Part shown: positions 25,867 to 36,035 of the stretch, one piece after another
Position numbering within the stretch: the first letter of the stretch is position 1
Layout: the number at the start of each line of letters is the position of its first letter
NCBI RefSeq assembly: GCF_964204645.1
Contig: NC_134036.1
Coordinates: 7,726,812-7,790,811, forward strand
DNA: 64,000 nucleotides
DNA from: Tubulanus polymorphus
Lineage: Eukaryota; Animalia; Nemertea
Direction: 5' to 3'
Notes under the pieces: generated by a model
The model's database searches: none
What the model was told of the DNA's origin: nothing
What the model saw: the letters and a program-made list of their open reading frames with translations, nothing else
Translations under genes and position numbers: made by a program

Positions 25867-26487
25867 TGAATAAAGATTTATTTATATTTGAACCACATAA
25901 TATGTTAGTTACTGGAGTAACAAATTGTGGTAAAACACATTTTCTATTAGATTTATTAGAAACTATTTATAAAAATCATTTTGATAATATAATATTATTT
26001 TGCTACTTATTTTCCTACTTATTAAATGAATAAAACATATAATAAGGATATAGTTAAGATAAAAAAGTTTATTATATTAGATCCTAAAATAGTAAATGAA
26101 AATTTAGATAATTGTATTAAAATAGCAATTGATATTTACAAAGGAACAAATACATTATTCATTATAGATGATTGTGCAAATTTACATGATTCAAAATTTA
26201 GAGAAAGTGAGTTATGTTATTTAGCTTTCTCTGGGAGACATTTTGGGATAACAACTTGGTTTTTAAATCAAAAATATAATTCAATTGTTAAAGATTTTAG
26301 AGAGAATATTATATTCTTAGTTTTATTTTATAACTGAGATAGAAAATCAATGCAACAATCATTGGAAGAAAATCAAATTATACCTACTGAATTACATGAT
26401 GAATATATGAATAAATTAAAAAGTAATGAAGGTTCAAAATTATTACTGAGACTACAATTTCCCTATGAATATAAATTTATAAAATAA
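25866..26487 (+). pseudogene. Packaging ATPase pseudogene (element B)
   Basis: GVTNCGKT, LFIIDD, SGRH. Confidence 0.88.
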
Positions 26488-26495
26488 GGGGTATG

Positions 26496-26711
26496 AGGCT
26501 AAAAAATTGATACCTTGTTTCTCCGCTCTGCTGAGCTTAAATGTTGACCTGGCCGCCTATCTACCCTATACATTACTTTTCTTAAAATCGTGATCAATTT
26601 TACCATAACAGATCCGGCCGCTATAGAAATGAACTGTTTACAAATTTTATCATATTTTACAAAAATGACCCGGCCGCTGCGGAGAAACAAGGTATCATTT
26701 TTGTTTAGCCT
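26496..26711. mobile_element. MITE-like element with ~30-bp terminal inverted repeats
   Basis: aggcta...tgataccttgtttctccgc / gcggagaaacaaggtatca...tagcct. Confidence 0.6.
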
Positions 26712-26807
26712 AACCTTTAAGCATTTATGTATTAGATACGTATTAGATACGTATTAGATACCTTAATACTTAAAATTTGAAATATTATAGAATTTTGAAT
26801 TGTGTAT

Positions 26808-26916
26808 GAATGGATGAGTGGATGAATTGGATGAATTGGAAGAATTGGATGACTCATCCATTCATCCTTTCATCCAATTCATCCATTCATCCATTCATCC
26901 AATTCATCCAATTCAT
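26808..26916. repeat. Fold-back microsatellite (GGATGAATT)n/(CATCCAATT)n
   Basis: Direct short repeats followed by their reverse complements. Confidence 0.7.
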
Positions 26917-27158
26917 TAGAAACAGCTGAAAATGACTAAAAAATGTTTCAATTATTGCCCACAACATAGCGTCGCCAGATTTCTGATTTAATGGTCCAAA
27001 AACTTATTCGATCGCATTTTTCTCGTTCATTATCTGGTAGATGAGAGCGGGTTAAACAATCGCGTAGCGATATGTCCGCATTGACATTGGCAGTAAAGAA
27101 TGGGGAACAGCCTCTTCTCAATAGAAAAACACAAAATTATGTACCTCCGGTTTATAAA

Positions 27159-27248
27159 AGTAATTAGAAGATGGCGTTTTCAGATCAGAGTACGAGAGTA
27201 CGAGACACCACTCATCATCACAAGTAATTTTTTTTCCTAATAAATGGG
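27159..27248 (+). repeat. Left terminal inverted repeat of element C (~90 bp)
   Basis: Reverse complement of 44319-44408 with ~2 mismatches; ends at the TAAATG start of the first ORF. Confidence 0.95.
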
Positions 27249-27570
27249 AGATAGAAAAGCATTCTTAGCAACAATAAATAACAGAATAAAACCAGCAAAA
27301 AAACAATTTGAAATAAAAAAGTTAGTTGATGTTACAAAAGAAATTGAACATAAAATATTGAAATTAGAAAAGATAAAAACTAAATATGGAGAGAAAGTAT
27401 CAGCTAATTTAAGCTACTGTAATGTTAGTACATCGCGAGAATTTAAAGTGTTTTTACCCGATAAATGGGTTTCATTGAGTACGGAGGAATTGAAAGATTT
27501 AGTAGGATTTGAAATAATATATCATGGGAAAAATGAAGACGGTCATCATGATTTAGAAATTGTTGATTGA
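27244..27570 (+). CDS. Hypothetical protein (108 aa), possibly OB-fold ssDNA-binding
   Basis: Intact in A and C and starts inside the TIR. The KTKYG...FKVFLP beta pattern suggests an OB fold (inference only). Confidence 0.7.
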   Translation: MGDRKAFLATINNRIKPAKKQFEIKKLVDVTKEIEHKILKLEKIKTKYGEKVSANLSYCNVSTSREFKVFLPDKWVSLSTEELKDLVGFEIIYHGKNEDGHHDLEIVD

Positions 27571-27910
27571 ATAAGAAATAAAAATAATGAATATCTAGAA
27601 TCCAAAATGACCTTAGTCGTTTTATAAACAACTATAATCATACAGTACATCTGTTACATATTATTATAAGAGAGTGCTTCATTTGAATATTGATCAATCA
27701 AACAGGTGTTGCACAACGTTGTTGTTATATAATAAGCACGTAGTACATACAACACACACAAGCCAGTTAGCCGGTATTGAATTACTGTGTTTTCATTAGT
27801 TGCTGAAAACGAGGTTTATTTAAATTAGCTCGGCCGTGACGACAGGAGGATAGTCATCATTCTCTCGTGATTAAAAGGAATATTTCAATGTTTTTACGGT
27901 AAGTTTTAGC

Positions 27911-28190
27911 AAAATTGCCCTATCCTCGACCTACAGAGTTTTCAGGGGATAAGCATCCCATTATTGAAAGGCGCCACGGGACGCTTATCCCCCGTCATTT
28001 CTACTTACACCCCCGGCGACCCACATCAACCGGGATCTCCTTCAATGATTGGTAGAAATCACATTATATTAAAGGCGCCTAATGTAATTTCTACCAATCT
28101 CGAAATTCGAAATCGAAGGAGAAACCCGGAGAGTGGACGAAGGTGCATTTTCAAAATGCCTCTGCTGGCCAGAGCTACTCCAGTGGTTGA
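27911..28190 (-). ncRNA. Predicted ~290-nt multibranch structured RNA with two GGCGCC-loop hairpins
   Basis: Uninterrupted 17-bp (27945-27992) and 20-bp (28047-28099) stems on the minus strand (G-U allowed); compensatory changes versus copy A; upstream TATATAA (28201-28207, minus strand). Confidence 0.75.
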
Positions 28191-28552
28191 ATGAATTGCC
28201 TTATATACTTAGCTAAAACACCTAAGTAAATGTTGTTGGTGCTAAAAAAATATGTGAAATTTGAAATTATAAATTATTCCGAATGAAAAGAATGTAAGAA
28301 TGAAAACTGATAAATGAATTATGTATTTTTAACTTAATTATGATATAATTTTTAATCAAATTAGTAATCAATTACTATGTTAATTGATTAACAAATTCAA
28401 ATTCAAATATTCAAATAAAAACAAAATAAATTAATAAAAATAATGAATATCTAGAATCCGAAATGACTTATCTGGACAATTTAATTGCTCCGCATAGATG
28501 GTGCCATAAACGGCACCCACACAGTGATAGACAAAAGTAGTGAGATATTCAA

Positions 28553-28948
28553 TTAATTTTTTTGCTTTTTTTCTAAAATATTAATCCATTTTTTTATTAT
28601 CAATTTTGGAATTTCAGAAGTATTTTCATTTTTGATAGCAGTTGGTTCAGAATTACTAATATCATGAATTTTATTTGATTTCTTATACCAATTACACCCA
28701 ATCAAAATGAATACAATTACAAATCCAACTTTAAAATATAAATATTTATCAAATATTCTACTATCAGAAGGAGTAGAAATAACAATATTTTCACCATTTT
28801 TATTAACATTTTTATTACTTATTTTTTCTTTTACAGCTTTTTTATATTCTTGTGATTTAATTCCTAATTGTCGAGACCATTCAATTTGTTTCTGAGTTCT
28901 CGGTTTTTTCTTCACAGTTAATTCCTTCACTTCTTTCACCTCGCTCAT
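28553..28948 (-). CDS. Basic single-pass membrane protein (131 aa)
   Basis: Lys-rich N-terminus, transmembrane YLYFKVGFVIVFILIGC; homologues in A and B. Confidence 0.75.
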   Translation of the reverse strand: MSEVKEVKELTVKKKPRTQKQIEWSRQLGIKSQEYKKAVKEKISNKNVNKNGENIVISTPSDSRIFDKYLYFKVGFVIVFILIGCNWYKKSNKIHDISNSEPTAIKNENTSEIPKLIIKKWINILEKKQKN

Positions 28949-29486
28949 TTATTATAGAAATATTTTTACTTTCAATATTTGAAAATGTTATAACCCCAGT
29001 TGATAATAATGTCATAAATCCACCTAATTGAAATGATAAATATCCAATCCATTTATTTAATTCAGTCATAACTAAATAATCATTTTTTAAATCGGAATAT
29101 AATCTATTTTCATCTTCAATTGGTAGTATATAATTACATAATTTACTATAACCTTTTACTACATTTTCTGATATCGCGTCATTAATTCTAGCTGTTCTCG
29201 CGGCTTCATAAATCTTAAATAATCTAATAATTTCATCTGATTTCATTGTATCTAATTCATTATAAGTTAAATTTTTACCGACAAAATTTTTACATTTTCC
29301 AGATGCTATTAATATTTCTAATTGATGTTTACAATAAAGATAATATTCATAATTATTATTTGTTGTAACATTATTTAAAGCACCATCATCTGGAGTTAAT
29401 TTTGTTTCTGTTATTCCTAAATCATCTAAAGTTTTTTCAATTGGAACATCACCATTTTTAGATTTTATTTTCTTTTCACCTACCAT
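28881..29486 (-). CDS. Hypothetical protein (201 aa) with C-terminal hydrophobic segment
   Basis: Homologues in A (fused) and B (23852-24390). Confidence 0.8.
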   Translation of the reverse strand: MVGEKKIKSKNGDVPIEKTLDDLGITETKLTPDDGALNNVTTNNNYEYYLYCKHQLEILIASGKCKNFVGKNLTYNELDTMKSDEIIRLFKIYEAARTARINDAISENVVKGYSKLCNYILPIEDENRLYSDLKNDYLVMTELNKWIGYLSFQLGGFMTLLSTGVITFSNIESKNISIINERGERSEGINCEEKTENSETN

Positions 29487-29514
29487 TTATATAACAAAAA
29501 AATTAATTGTGTGA

Positions 29515-29770
29515 TGTTGCAACTAGAATTTAACTAGAATGTAACTAGAATTCAACTAGATTAACAAGTTAGTTGAAATATTGTTGTTTGTGTTTATTTC
29601 TTGTTAAATCTAGTTGATTTTTGTTTCAACTACTAACAACTAGAATTCAACTAGAATGTAACTAGAATTAAAATAGATTAACAAGCTAGTTAAAATATTG
29701 TTAAATCTATTTGATTTTTGTTACAACTACCAATAACTAGAATTCAACTAGATTAACAAACTAATTGAAT
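29515..29770. repeat. Intergenic array of short CAACTAGA(A/T)T repeats in both orientations (~120-bp higher-order unit)
   Basis: Repeated aactagaat units plus inverted aatctagttg copies. Confidence 0.8.
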
Positions 29771-30379
29771 TTAAATAAATTCATATTTAAATGGGTGTTG
29801 TAATCTAAATAGTAATTTTGATCTTTTAATATTTTTCAACTCATCCATATATTCATTATGTAAATCATGTGGAATAATATCATTTTCCTCAAGTGCATTT
29901 TTCATTGATTTTCTATCTTTATTGTAGAATAAAACTAGAAATCTAATGTTTTCTCTAAAGTCTTTAACAATTGAATTATATTTTTGATTTAAAACCCAAG
30001 TTGTTATTCCAAAATGTCTCCCAGAGAAAGCTAAATAACATAACTCACTTTCTCTAACTTTTGAATCATGTAAATTTGCGCAATCATCTATGATAAATAA
30101 TGTATTTGATCCTTTATAAATATCAATTGCTATTTTTATACAATTATCTAAATTTTCTTTTACTGTTTTAGGATCTAATATAATAAATTTATTATTTCTA
30201 GTAATGTTTCTGTCATAAGTTTGATTAAATTCATATGTTGGACAAAATAATACTATATTATCAAAATAGTTTTCATAAACAGTTTCTAATAAATTTAATA
30301 TAAAATAAGTTTTTCCACAATTTGTTACACCAGAAATTAACATATTATGAGGCTCAAATATAAATAATTCCTTATTCAT
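29771..30379 (-). CDS. A32/FtsK-like genome packaging ATPase
   Basis: Walker A GVTNCGKT, Walker B LFIIDD, SGRH motif. Confidence 0.92.
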   Translation of the reverse strand: MNKELFIFEPHNMLISGVTNCGKTYFILNLLETVYENYFDNIVLFCPTYEFNQTYDRNITRNNKFIILDPKTVKENLDNCIKIAIDIYKGSNTLFIIDDCANLHDSKVRESELCYLAFSGRHFGITTWVLNQKYNSIVKDFRENIRFLVLFYNKDRKSMKNALEENDIIPHDLHNEYMDELKNIKRSKLLFRLQHPFKYEFI

Positions 30380-31507
30380 TTATATATTTTTAATTTTACT
30401 TGATAATATCCATTCATTGAATTTATCTGGCCATCCAACCCATTTTACTAAAGAATATTTTTTTCTTTTAATAGTTTTTGTTTTTAATACTTTTTCAATT
30501 TTATATTCTTGTTCTAGATTTTCAGTAGTTAAACTTAATTCTTCTTCGTAAAAGTAGCCATCAACTTCTTCACCATCTAAATCTTCTAATTTATAGACAT
30601 ATGGTTTTGTTGTTATTACCTTTTTTATTTTATATATTTCTCTAGTAAAATTTCGATCGTATCCTTTGTCAAATATCTTTTTATACTTAGAAATTCTAAC
30701 ATTTTGACCAACTTTAAATTTAGGTTCACCAAAATCATCTACAAGAAATGCTCCATATAAATTATTCCAAACAATTTCAGCATTTTCAGGTTTTCTAGCA
30801 TCAATAGGTTTCATTCCAATAGAAGAATGATAAGAATTATTATATCCTTCTATCAATTTTGGTAAAACATCAATCCATTTAAAAGTATTATTTGCTGTAA
30901 AATATTTCCACATTCTTGTTCTTAATGTTCTATTAAATCGTTCAACAACTGCTGCTTTTTTATCTGATTTTGTTGAAAAATATTTAATATTATGATTATC
31001 TAAGAGTTCATGAACAAGTGAATTATCAAATTCTTTTCCATCATCAAATTGTATTTTTTCTGGTTTTAGTTTATCATCCGAAAGAAATTTTCTTAAAACA
31101 TTTGATGTTTGTACAGCATCTTTTCTATAAAGTGGGAAGCTCCATACATAACGACTAAAAATATCAATTATATTCAATATCCACCAATAATCATTATTAT
31201 CTTTTTTAAGATTTTTCATATCAATTAAATCTCCTTGCCACTGTTGATCTACATAACTTACCATAGTTTTACGAGTTTTATATTTTCTAACAATTTTTTT
31301 ATGTGTTGTATATGTTGGTTGTTCTAACATAAATTCATTTATATCTTTATATTTAACTAAATTTTGTGGGATTATCTTATCTAATTTATCTTGTTTTACT
31401 TTACACCATATATTTTTGGTAGAACAATAAGCAACCGAACTCTCAGGGTTGTAATATAAATTTCTTAAATATTGTTCTTTAGTATTAGGAGTTTTTTTAC
31501 CACCCAT
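30380..31507 (-). CDS. int: Retroviral-like (rve) DDE integrase with C-terminal chromodomain
   Basis: WQGDLIDM, IQFDDGKEF, VERFNRTL; chromodomain YKIEKVL...LVKWVGWPDKFNEWI. Confidence 0.95.
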   Translation of the reverse strand: MGGKKTPNTKEQYLRNLYYNPESSVAYCSTKNIWCKVKQDKLDKIIPQNLVKYKDINEFMLEQPTYTTHKKIVRKYKTRKTMVSYVDQQWQGDLIDMKNLKKDNNDYWWILNIIDIFSRYVWSFPLYRKDAVQTSNVLRKFLSDDKLKPEKIQFDDGKEFDNSLVHELLDNHNIKYFSTKSDKKAAVVERFNRTLRTRMWKYFTANNTFKWIDVLPKLIEGYNNSYHSSIGMKPIDARKPENAEIVWNNLYGAFLVDDFGEPKFKVGQNVRISKYKKIFDKGYDRNFTREIYKIKKVITTKPYVYKLEDLDGEEVDGYFYEEELSLTTENLEQEYKIEKVLKTKTIKRKKYSLVKWVGWPDKFNEWILSSKIKNI

Positions 31508-31537
31508 TTATATATCCTTAATCTTAACTTTATATTT

Positions 31538-32784
31538 CTAATATTGAATACTATCTAATTGTGAATTTACAATATTTAATTGTGCGTCAGATATAATATA
31601 AATATGCATTTTAAAATTTTTGATTCCTTTATTCTTTTTCATGAATAATTGTATTCCATCTTTAGTGTTCTGTAGTTTTTTTCCAGAACCATGTAATGAA
31701 TTATCTTCTGTTGTTCTAAAATCTAACCATAATGCATATTTATTACCGGTATAATAATCAATTTGATTAATGTTACAATTTTCAGATGATTTTACTTTTT
31801 CATTCATAAAATGTTTTCTAATTTCTGGCCATTGATCAATCATTCTCATTCCTTGACAAAATATTTTATTCGCTATTCCTTCGATAGTTATTTCTACTTT
31901 TGTTATTTCAGGATTATAATAATTATCAACATTTATTGCACCATTAGAATATGTTGCAATAGTAAAAAATATTAATATACCTTTAATAGATCTTCTAGGA
32001 AAGTTAATATTCTCATTAATTATTTCATCATTTGCATTAATAGTTACAGTTTTAAATTTATCAATATAATCATATAATAATGAAAATCCTTGATTGTATT
32101 GAGTTTGAATTGTGCTAGCAATATTTTCATTAGTTACTGTGTTATATTCTAAACATATATTCGATAATTTATAACCCATATCTTTAACAACGCTAGATAA
32201 TACAATTTCATTTACAGGAGCAAATGTTATCTCAAATATAATATCTTCTTGAATTGCGTATTTATATAAAGGTGCATTATTATTTATCAATTCAAAGTCT
32301 AATGGAATTTTATATTTGCTTCCATAAATCTTTTTAATCAAATTATCTACACCATTATTTACTACTGCGTTATTGGCTTCAGATCTTAATTTATTTTGGT
32401 TTTCTGATTGAATTCCTTGAAATATCATATTATTTCTATTTTTTCAGTTAACCATAAATCTTTATAATGTGAAAATAAATTATAATCATCTAATGAGAAA
32501 ACTGTTTCTGGACCAATCTTTATTGTTAATTTTTTAATCAAATATCTCCCAACATTATCAACAACATAATTATTATTATTACCGATTACTTTTATATCAG
32601 CTGATAAATAAATACTATTTGGAACATAAAAAGTATTTTGTGTTAATCTAGGAATTCTAACATATAAAGTTTCATCGGGATTAATATTTGAAGGGTTATG
32701 AGTAATTATATGATGTGATCTTTCTGCTTTAATAGCATTAGATATTCTATGATTCTTCGAAGGACTTATATAACTCCCACTCAT
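31538..32784 (-). CDS. Putative double jelly-roll major capsid protein (~415 aa), split by a 1-nt deletion in an A-run at ~32440
   Basis: Beta-rich, MCP-sized and adjacent to integrase/ATPase. The degraded homologue at 46755-46800 reads WLTKENIKNMIFQG in one frame, showing the two ORFs are one gene. MCP identity is inferred. Confidence 0.65.
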
Positions 32785-32804
32785 TTATTTAACAAAAAAA
32801 TTAA

Positions 32805-34235
32805 TTATTTATTTTTGATAATGTTTACTAAACCAAAAATAATAGCACTTACAACTGTAATTAAAAATAAAATAATATGTTCAGCAGCAAAGTTAAGAAT
32901 ATTCCCAGCAGATTTCAATATAAAACCAACAATTGAAGCAATAACTCCTGGTAATGCTGCAGCAGATTTCTTTGATAGTTCCCATAAATATTTTGCTAAT
33001 TTCTTTAAACCATCTTTAACTTTATCTTGTATAGAATTATTACCTGGAGGTTTATCTGGTTTATTTGGAGTAGGAGTAGATTTTAAAGCATTTGATATTG
33101 CTAAACCAATTGTTGTAAATAACATAGTTACAGCTGTTAGAATTGAAAGAACTGTTATTCCTTCAAACTTAAATAATAATCTTATTCTATCTTTCAATGA
33201 TATTTCAGAATTTGGTTTAATCAACAAATCTTTAAAAATAACTTTTAATCTATTAATATTATAATCATATGATTTTAATAATAATTTAATTTCTTCTTTC
33301 TGTACTTCTAAATTATCTTTTAAATTACTAATTTCTTTTTCTAAACGTAATTCTTTTTGCCTATATTCTATTTCATCAATTACTTGATGATCTAAATCAG
33401 ACTTTAATTGTTCTATTTCTTTATTTTTATCAGTTAATTTTTTTTCCAAATACATAATTTTTTGATCTCCTATACTTTTATTATGTGCAATTTTATCAGA
33501 TGCAAGTCTTATACTAATAATTTCTCTAATTGCTTTATCAGAAAATATATCTAAATCTTTTAATTCTTGATCTGTTGCATCAAATAATCCATTCGGTAAA
33601 AGTTTTTCAATTGGAACTTTATTTGATCTAAGTTTACTATTTTTGGAAGTTATATTCTGTTCAGAAGTTGTTTCTGTTTCTGATTTCTTTTTGATTATTT
33701 CAAATAATTCATTAATTCTTTGTTTAAATACATCTATATTATCATCTATTTCTTTTTGTGTAACATCAGTTATTTCATTACTATTACTTATTATTTTAAT
33801 TCTAAATGTTTCTAAATTTCTCAAAGTTGATTCTGATAATATTTTATTTTTATTATTTTTATAAGTGATATCAATATAATAATCACCTTTCAAACGATAA
33901 TAACATTTACCATTATCTAAAAATTTCAATTGATCTGCTAAAAGTCCAACGTCTTCATCATTTATGTTAAAATTAGATTTTTCAATTAAATATTCTAATT
34001 TAGGTATTTTGTTTAAATTATCTAAATCTTGTTTTACTAAATCTGGGTCTAAATTTTCAGGATTTAATTGTGATTCAGCATTTTTAATATAATCAGGCAT
34101 ATTTAAATTATTGTTATATTCTGGTTCATTACCATCATTAAAACTTGTTTCATCAAAATCAGGTGGTTGTTCATCAGTTATGTTAGGTTCATCAAAAGGA
34201 TCCATTCCAATATCTTCTCCACCTTCTACATCCAT
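32805..34235 (-). CDS. Coiled-coil protein (476 aa) with C-terminal hydrophobic helices
   Basis: Acidic N-terminus, heptad region, 2-3 hydrophobic segments; degraded homologues at ~8540-9672, 47140-48010 and 60725-61300. Confidence 0.8.
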   Translation of the reverse strand: MDVEGGEDIGMDPFDEPNITDEQPPDFDETSFNDGNEPEYNNNLNMPDYIKNAESQLNPENLDPDLVKQDLDNLNKIPKLEYLIEKSNFNINDEDVGLLADQLKFLDNGKCYYRLKGDYYIDITYKNNKNKILSESTLRNLETFRIKIISNSNEITDVTQKEIDDNIDVFKQRINELFEIIKKKSETETTSEQNITSKNSKLRSNKVPIEKLLPNGLFDATDQELKDLDIFSDKAIREIISIRLASDKIAHNKSIGDQKIMYLEKKLTDKNKEIEQLKSDLDHQVIDEIEYRQKELRLEKEISNLKDNLEVQKEEIKLLLKSYDYNINRLKVIFKDLLIKPNSEISLKDRIRLLFKFEGITVLSILTAVTMLFTTIGLAISNALKSTPTPNKPDKPPGNNSIQDKVKDGLKKLAKYLWELSKKSAAALPGVIASIVGFILKSAGNILNFAAEHIILFLITVVSAIIFGLVNIIKNK

Positions 34236-35565
34236 TTACATAATAAAAAAAATAAAATTTAAAATATAATATTCCTCCGATTACAATTCCTATACAAGTT
34301 ATAGCTAATTTAGTATTTTCATGGGATTTATTATCATCATTTAGTTTAATTATATCATGTTGAATTTTATCGGTTTTAATATCACCGTGTGGGTGCCGTA
34401 CGGCATCATTTTCTGTTGTATTGTAATCATTATTTAATTTAATATTCTTAGTTTTAGTTTCAGTTGATTGAATGTCTTTTTTATTTTTTTCACCTTCCAT
34501 TAATTTTGGAGCAGTAATAATCTTTTTATTTATATCATTTAATCCAATTGAATTATTCATTGTTGCAGTTTTAATTAGATTATTATAACCAATTATATTT
34601 CCCATCTTTAATACTAAATCATTAGAAATAATTAATAGATTAGGTCCTATACAATAATTTAATCTAATATGTGATTTATCTAAATAATTTTGATATCTTA
34701 CAATGTTTTCTGGAATCGATCTATTTTTATCATTATGAATGGAATCTTCAAATAATACTTTGAATTGTTTCTGCGCATCAAATGAAGTACTATTATTTCC
34801 AACTATTGGTGATCTTGTTTCAACTTGTGCACCTAAAATACATATCAAATAAGTTCTAATTGATTGATTTATTCTTTGTATACCGGGTTTTGTAAATCCT
34901 TCACTATAAGATTCAATAAAATAAACCCAACCATTATTATTATTAATTTCATAATTATGATAAGCTCCAATTCTATGCATATAATCAATTCTTTTTATTT
35001 CATACTGTTCACCGACACCTTGCAATTTACCATGCGCTCTAAAATCGAAATTAATATTTATATTAAATTCATTACATATTTTATAAAACTTAGATAGATT
35101 AATATTATTATCTAATTCTTTAAAATATTTTGATCCAGGTAAAGGGCATTCTAATTCATTTAATATAATTCTAATTTGAAAGTATACATGAAATCTAAAT
35201 ATTGTATGAATAAATTTTAAATCAGAATATTTCAAATTTTTATCTAAGTTATTCAAGTGATCATTGCAACTTATACCACAACCAGTTGTTGCACAATAAA
35301 CAGCAAAATTTAATTGGTTCTGCCAATATTTCATATTAGATTTTACTTTATATATATGATATTCATCTCGAGTAAAAGTAACTTCATATGTATTTAATAT
35401 ATTTTCCATTTTAGAAATAAAAAACTGTGATTCAGTAACATAAATTTCTAAATTAGTTAATGAATTTAAAACTACATTTTTATATGTAATATTTTTCTTA
35501 AAATCTATTGCCGGAATATTATATTTAATTGATTTATTATATTGGAAAGCTTTTGGAAACCCCAT
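34192..35565 (-). CDS. Hypothetical protein (457 aa) with C-terminal transmembrane anchor
   Basis: Long ORF with TAAATG start, WQNQLNFAVYCATTGCG motif and C-terminal LAITCIGIVIGGILYF. Confidence 0.75.
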   Translation of the reverse strand: MGFPKAFQYNKSIKYNIPAIDFKKNITYKNVVLNSLTNLEIYVTESQFFISKMENILNTYEVTFTRDEYHIYKVKSNMKYWQNQLNFAVYCATTGCGISCNDHLNNLDKNLKYSDLKFIHTIFRFHVYFQIRIILNELECPLPGSKYFKELDNNINLSKFYKICNEFNININFDFRAHGKLQGVGEQYEIKRIDYMHRIGAYHNYEINNNNGWVYFIESYSEGFTKPGIQRINQSIRTYLICILGAQVETRSPIVGNNSTSFDAQKQFKVLFEDSIHNDKNRSIPENIVRYQNYLDKSHIRLNYCIGPNLLIISNDLVLKMGNIIGYNNLIKTATMNNSIGLNDINKKIITAPKLMEGEKNKKDIQSTETKTKNIKLNNDYNTTENDAVRHPHGDIKTDKIQHDIIKLNDDNKSHENTKLAITCIGIVIGGILYFKFYFFYYVNGCRRWRRYWNGSF

Positions 35566-35581
35566 TTATATAACTAAAAAA

Positions 35582-36016
35582 TTAATAATTTATTAATTCT
35601 TTTAATAATTTATCTTGTTCTTCAACTGTTATATGGCCATTTAAACTTATTATATAATCTAGTGTGTTCTTTAATTTATTAATTTCTTTTATATTAGATT
35701 TTATTTTTTCTTTATTACTTTTTATATTTAATTTTGAACTTATACCAGTTAAAACACTTGAACTTAATCCTAATACACCAATTGATATAGCTAAAGGTGT
35801 TAATGGACTGAATATTGCTAAAAATGTTATTACAGAACTAATTGTAACCGAACCACTTATAATCAAATAATATATAATTTTACTTTTTAAATATTTTTTC
35901 TTTTTTATCTTTAAGTCACTTTCAAATTCTAATATTTGTTTTTCTAAATATGTTTTTAATTTAGTTTTATTTATATCATGAGGAATAATATCAATACTAT
36001 CAACTTTATCTTCCAT
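35582..36016 (-). CDS. Putative membrane protein (144 aa) with hydrophobic hairpin
   Basis: ~45-aa hydrophobic stretch flanked by Lys-rich coiled coils; 5' half also present in copy A. Confidence 0.75.
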   Translation of the reverse strand: MEDKVDSIDIIPHDINKTKLKTYLEKQILEFESDLKIKKKKYLKSKIIYYLIISGSVTISSVITFLAIFSPLTPLAISIGVLGLSSSVLTGISSKLNIKSNKEKIKSNIKEINKLKNTLDYIISLNGHITVEEQDKLLKELINY

Positions 36017-36035
36017 TTATTTAGAATAAAAATTA

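Larger units (their letters stand above)
19255..26487 (+). mobile_element. Degraded Polinton of a second family (element B)
   Basis: pPolB, HNH, two small genes, integrase and ATPase; diverged from A/C with different gene order. Confidence 0.9.

Noticed and set aside
27964-28194. 76-aa ORF over the structured RNA
   Set aside because: TTG start, and copy A differs by indels here; base pairing rather than coding is conserved.
29515-29770. CRISPR-like array
   Set aside because: No unique spacers, no cas genes, eukaryotic context.
32425-32445. Programmed frameshift in the MCP
   Set aside because: The homologue at ~46760-46800 is continuous in one frame; a homopolymer indel is the simpler explanation.
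32749-33264. 171-aa plus-strand ORF and similar antisense ORFs (351-614, 33643-33864, 40624-40887)
   Set aside because: Shadows of real genes on the opposite strand.
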